Shown here one piece after another: positions 62,108-64,000 of a stretch of 64,000 bases of DNA. The position numbers were made by a program, and so were the translations under genes. The stretch's first letter is position 1, and every line of letters starts with the position of its first letter. The stretch spans positions 352,001-416,000 of the forward strand of contig CAXWPH010000006.1 of assembly GCA_963666055.2 (NCBI GenBank), given 5' to 3'. Below the pieces are notes generated by a model. The model did no database searches. It was given only the letters and a program-made list of their open reading frames with translations, and had not been told where the DNA came from. Origin of the DNA: Acidobacteriota bacterium. GTDB taxonomy: Bacteria > Acidobacteriota > UBA890 > WLXD01.

Positions 62108-63731
62108 GTCCACGATCGCCTCGACGTCGCGCTTCCGGGCCATTGTCCTGCGGCTCTTGCCCGCGTGGATGCTCATCAACGCCATGTTGCTGGCACCCCA
62201 GTGGCTGGTGGCCGGCAGCATCGACGGGGTGTGGATAGCGGCCGAGTCAGGCTTGGCGGTGGGTCTCCTGGCGCTGCTGCCGCGTTGTCGGTGGAGCCGA
62301 TTGCTCGCCACCCTGACTGCCCTCGTTTTGGTTGTCCTGAGCATCGTTGTGCTCGCCGATACCATCGCGCGGCAAAGTCTCGCACGTCCGCTCAACCTCT
62401 ACCTCGATGTGAGCCTGCTGAGCGCCGTCCTGAACCTCCTGCGCGGCGCCCTCGGCCCCGTCGTAGCGACCTTGGCAGTGCCCGTCGCCCTGCTCGGCGC
62501 CGGCCTACTCACCTGGCTCTTGGCGCGCCTATTGGAGCCCACGGAGACACCGCACGGCGCATCGATCGTGCGGGCCGCGGGTATCGTATTGATGGCGTTC
62601 TCGGCGCTCGCGTTGCTTGGCGGGCAGGCACCCCGGGTAACAGAGATGATGGGGCGCCCGGCGGTGCGGGTGGCGACGCAACAAATCCGACATTTTTCCC
62701 GGATGTTGAACGAGCGGGAGCGCTTCGAGGCCGAGATGGCAGCCTCGCAGAACAGCTACGCCAGCCTGCCAGGTCTGCTGCAGCGTCTCGACGGGCGCGA
62801 CGTGGTGCTCGGATTCATCGAGTCCTATGGCATGTCGGCGATCACCGACCCACGCTACGCCGATGTCGTCGTGCCCCGGCTCCACGGGCTGGCCCGTCGC
62901 ATGGCCTCGGCGAATCTGTACCTGGCCACCGGAGCACTCATTGCCCCCATCCAGGGAGGTCAGTCGTGGCTCGGGCGCGGATCGATTCTGAGTGGCCTGT
63001 GGCTCGAGAACCAACTGCGATACGACCTGCTGTTGGCGAGCCGGCGCGAGACGCTGATCGACGATTTTCGCCACGCTGGGTACCGCACCGTAGCGTTGAT
63101 GCCGGCGATCACACTCGCCTGGCCCGAAGGGGAGCGCCTTGGCTACGACAACATCTACGCATACAAAGACATCAACTACACGGGGCCGGCGCTCAACTGG
63201 GTAACCATGCCCGATCAGTTCACATGGTCGTACTTGGAGCAGCAAGTGCGCCACGACGATGATCCGCGACCGCTGTTCGCCGAGGTTGGCCTGATCAGTA
63301 GTCATGCGCCGTGGACGCCGATCCTGACCGTCCTGGACGACTGGGACACGATCGGAGATGGGGAGGTTTTCATGCGCTGGCAGGGTGCCGGGGAGCGCCC
63401 GGGCGACCTGTGGCGAGATTACGATCGGGTGCGGGAGCACTATGCGTTGTCGATCGACTATGCCATTCAGGCGGCGACGGCATACGCCGAGCGCTACGTC
63501 GACGACAACACGCTGCTCCTGGTGCTCGGCGACCACCAGCCCGCCCCGATCATCACCGGGGATGGCGCCAGCCGCGCCTCCCCGGTGCACGTGATCACCG
63601 CCAGCCCAGCGCTCCTGGCGCCGTTCCTGGAGTGGGGTTTCGTCGAAGGTGGTATTCCTGACCCGAGCCAGTCGCCGCCTCGCATGGACGCTTTTCGCGA
63701 CTGGTTTGTCCGCGCCTTGAGCACCCCATGA
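62106..63731 (+). CDS. Membrane-anchored alkaline-phosphatase/sulfatase-superfamily protein
   Basis: Several N-terminal TM helices. FIESYG, GGQSWL, MPDQF, SSHAPW, LGDHQP. Start uncertain. Confidence 0.85.
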   Translation: MSTIASTSRFRAIVLRLLPAWMLINAMLLAPQWLVAGSIDGVWIAAESGLAVGLLALLPRCRWSRLLATLTALVLVVLSIVVLADTIARQSLARPLNLYLDVSLLSAVLNLLRGALGPVVATLAVPVALLGAGLLTWLLARLLEPTETPHGASIVRAAGIVLMAFSALALLGGQAPRVTEMMGRPAVRVATQQIRHFSRMLNERERFEAEMAASQNSYASLPGLLQRLDGRDVVLGFIESYGMSAITDPRYADVVVPRLHGLARRMASANLYLATGALIAPIQGGQSWLGRGSILSGLWLENQLRYDLLLASRRETLIDDFRHAGYRTVALMPAITLAWPEGERLGYDNIYAYKDINYTGPALNWVTMPDQFTWSYLEQQVRHDDDPRPLFAEVGLISSHAPWTPILTVLDDWDTIGDGEVFMRWQGAGERPGDLWRDYDRVREHYALSIDYAIQAATAYAERYVDDNTLLLVLGDHQPAPIITGDGASRASPVHVITASPALLAPFLEWGFVEGGIPDPSQSPPRMDAFRDWFVRALSTP

Positions 63732-64000
63732 CGGCCTGGTGGGGTCTGCTCCGCTCGCTGATCCTGTACTGGCGTCCGGGGCGTCAGCGCCGCCTCAGGC
63801 ACCTTTATCGTCCCTTCGTCGGGTCGGGCGACCTCGTCTTCGACGTCGGTGCGCACCTGGGCGATCGCTCGGTGGCTCTCGCAGCCCTCGGCGCCCGAGT
63901 CATCGCGATCGAACCGCAGCCGCGCGCCGCGCGCTGGCTGCGGTGGTTGGTCAGGTCAAGCGATCGAATCACCGTGCGGACAGAGGCGGTCGGTCGAATG
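63728..64000 (+). CDS. FkbM-family methyltransferase (partial, runs off window)
   Basis: ATGA overlap. Translates as MTAWWGLLRSLILYW...GDLVFDVGAHLGDRS...ARVIAIEPQP. Confidence 0.88.
   Translation, partial: MTAWWGLLRSLILYWRPGRQRRLRHLYRPFVGSGDLVFDVGAHLGDRSVALAALGARVIAIEPQPRAARWLRWLVRSSDRITVRTEAVGRM

Overview
High-GC bacterial DNA, probably Acidobacteriota (PadR plus ADOP-type duplicated permease, many secreted hydrolases and beta-propellers); the taxon is an inference. Main result: two genes that the ORF track splits at an in-frame TGA read through into single proteins. In each the TGA sits at a redox-active position and is followed by a bacterial SECIS-like hairpin. One is a secreted deiodinase-like CxxU protein fused to a DsbD-N-like Cys pair and EF-hands (11941-13404). 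The other is a WASWUGC redoxin lipoprotein (33414-34559). A 279-bp CTAG-bounded MITE occurs at five loci as full-length, self-nested, internally deleted, one-ended and collapsed 22-bp forms. The left end is a decayed mobile/defence region: IS3, IS481 and Cre-like integrase remnants, the 3' half of tRNA-Leu(CAG), and an McrB-N/DUF3883 nuclease. Also present: tandem 29-bp operator-like palindromes at an ABATE/CGNR regulator, PHM-like and PAL-like proteins, a Tat-signal Rieske oxygenase, a beta-oxidation cluster and opgGH. Many genes carry internal deletions or single-base insertions, which could be real decay or assembly error. All family calls come from motif recognition, not database searches.
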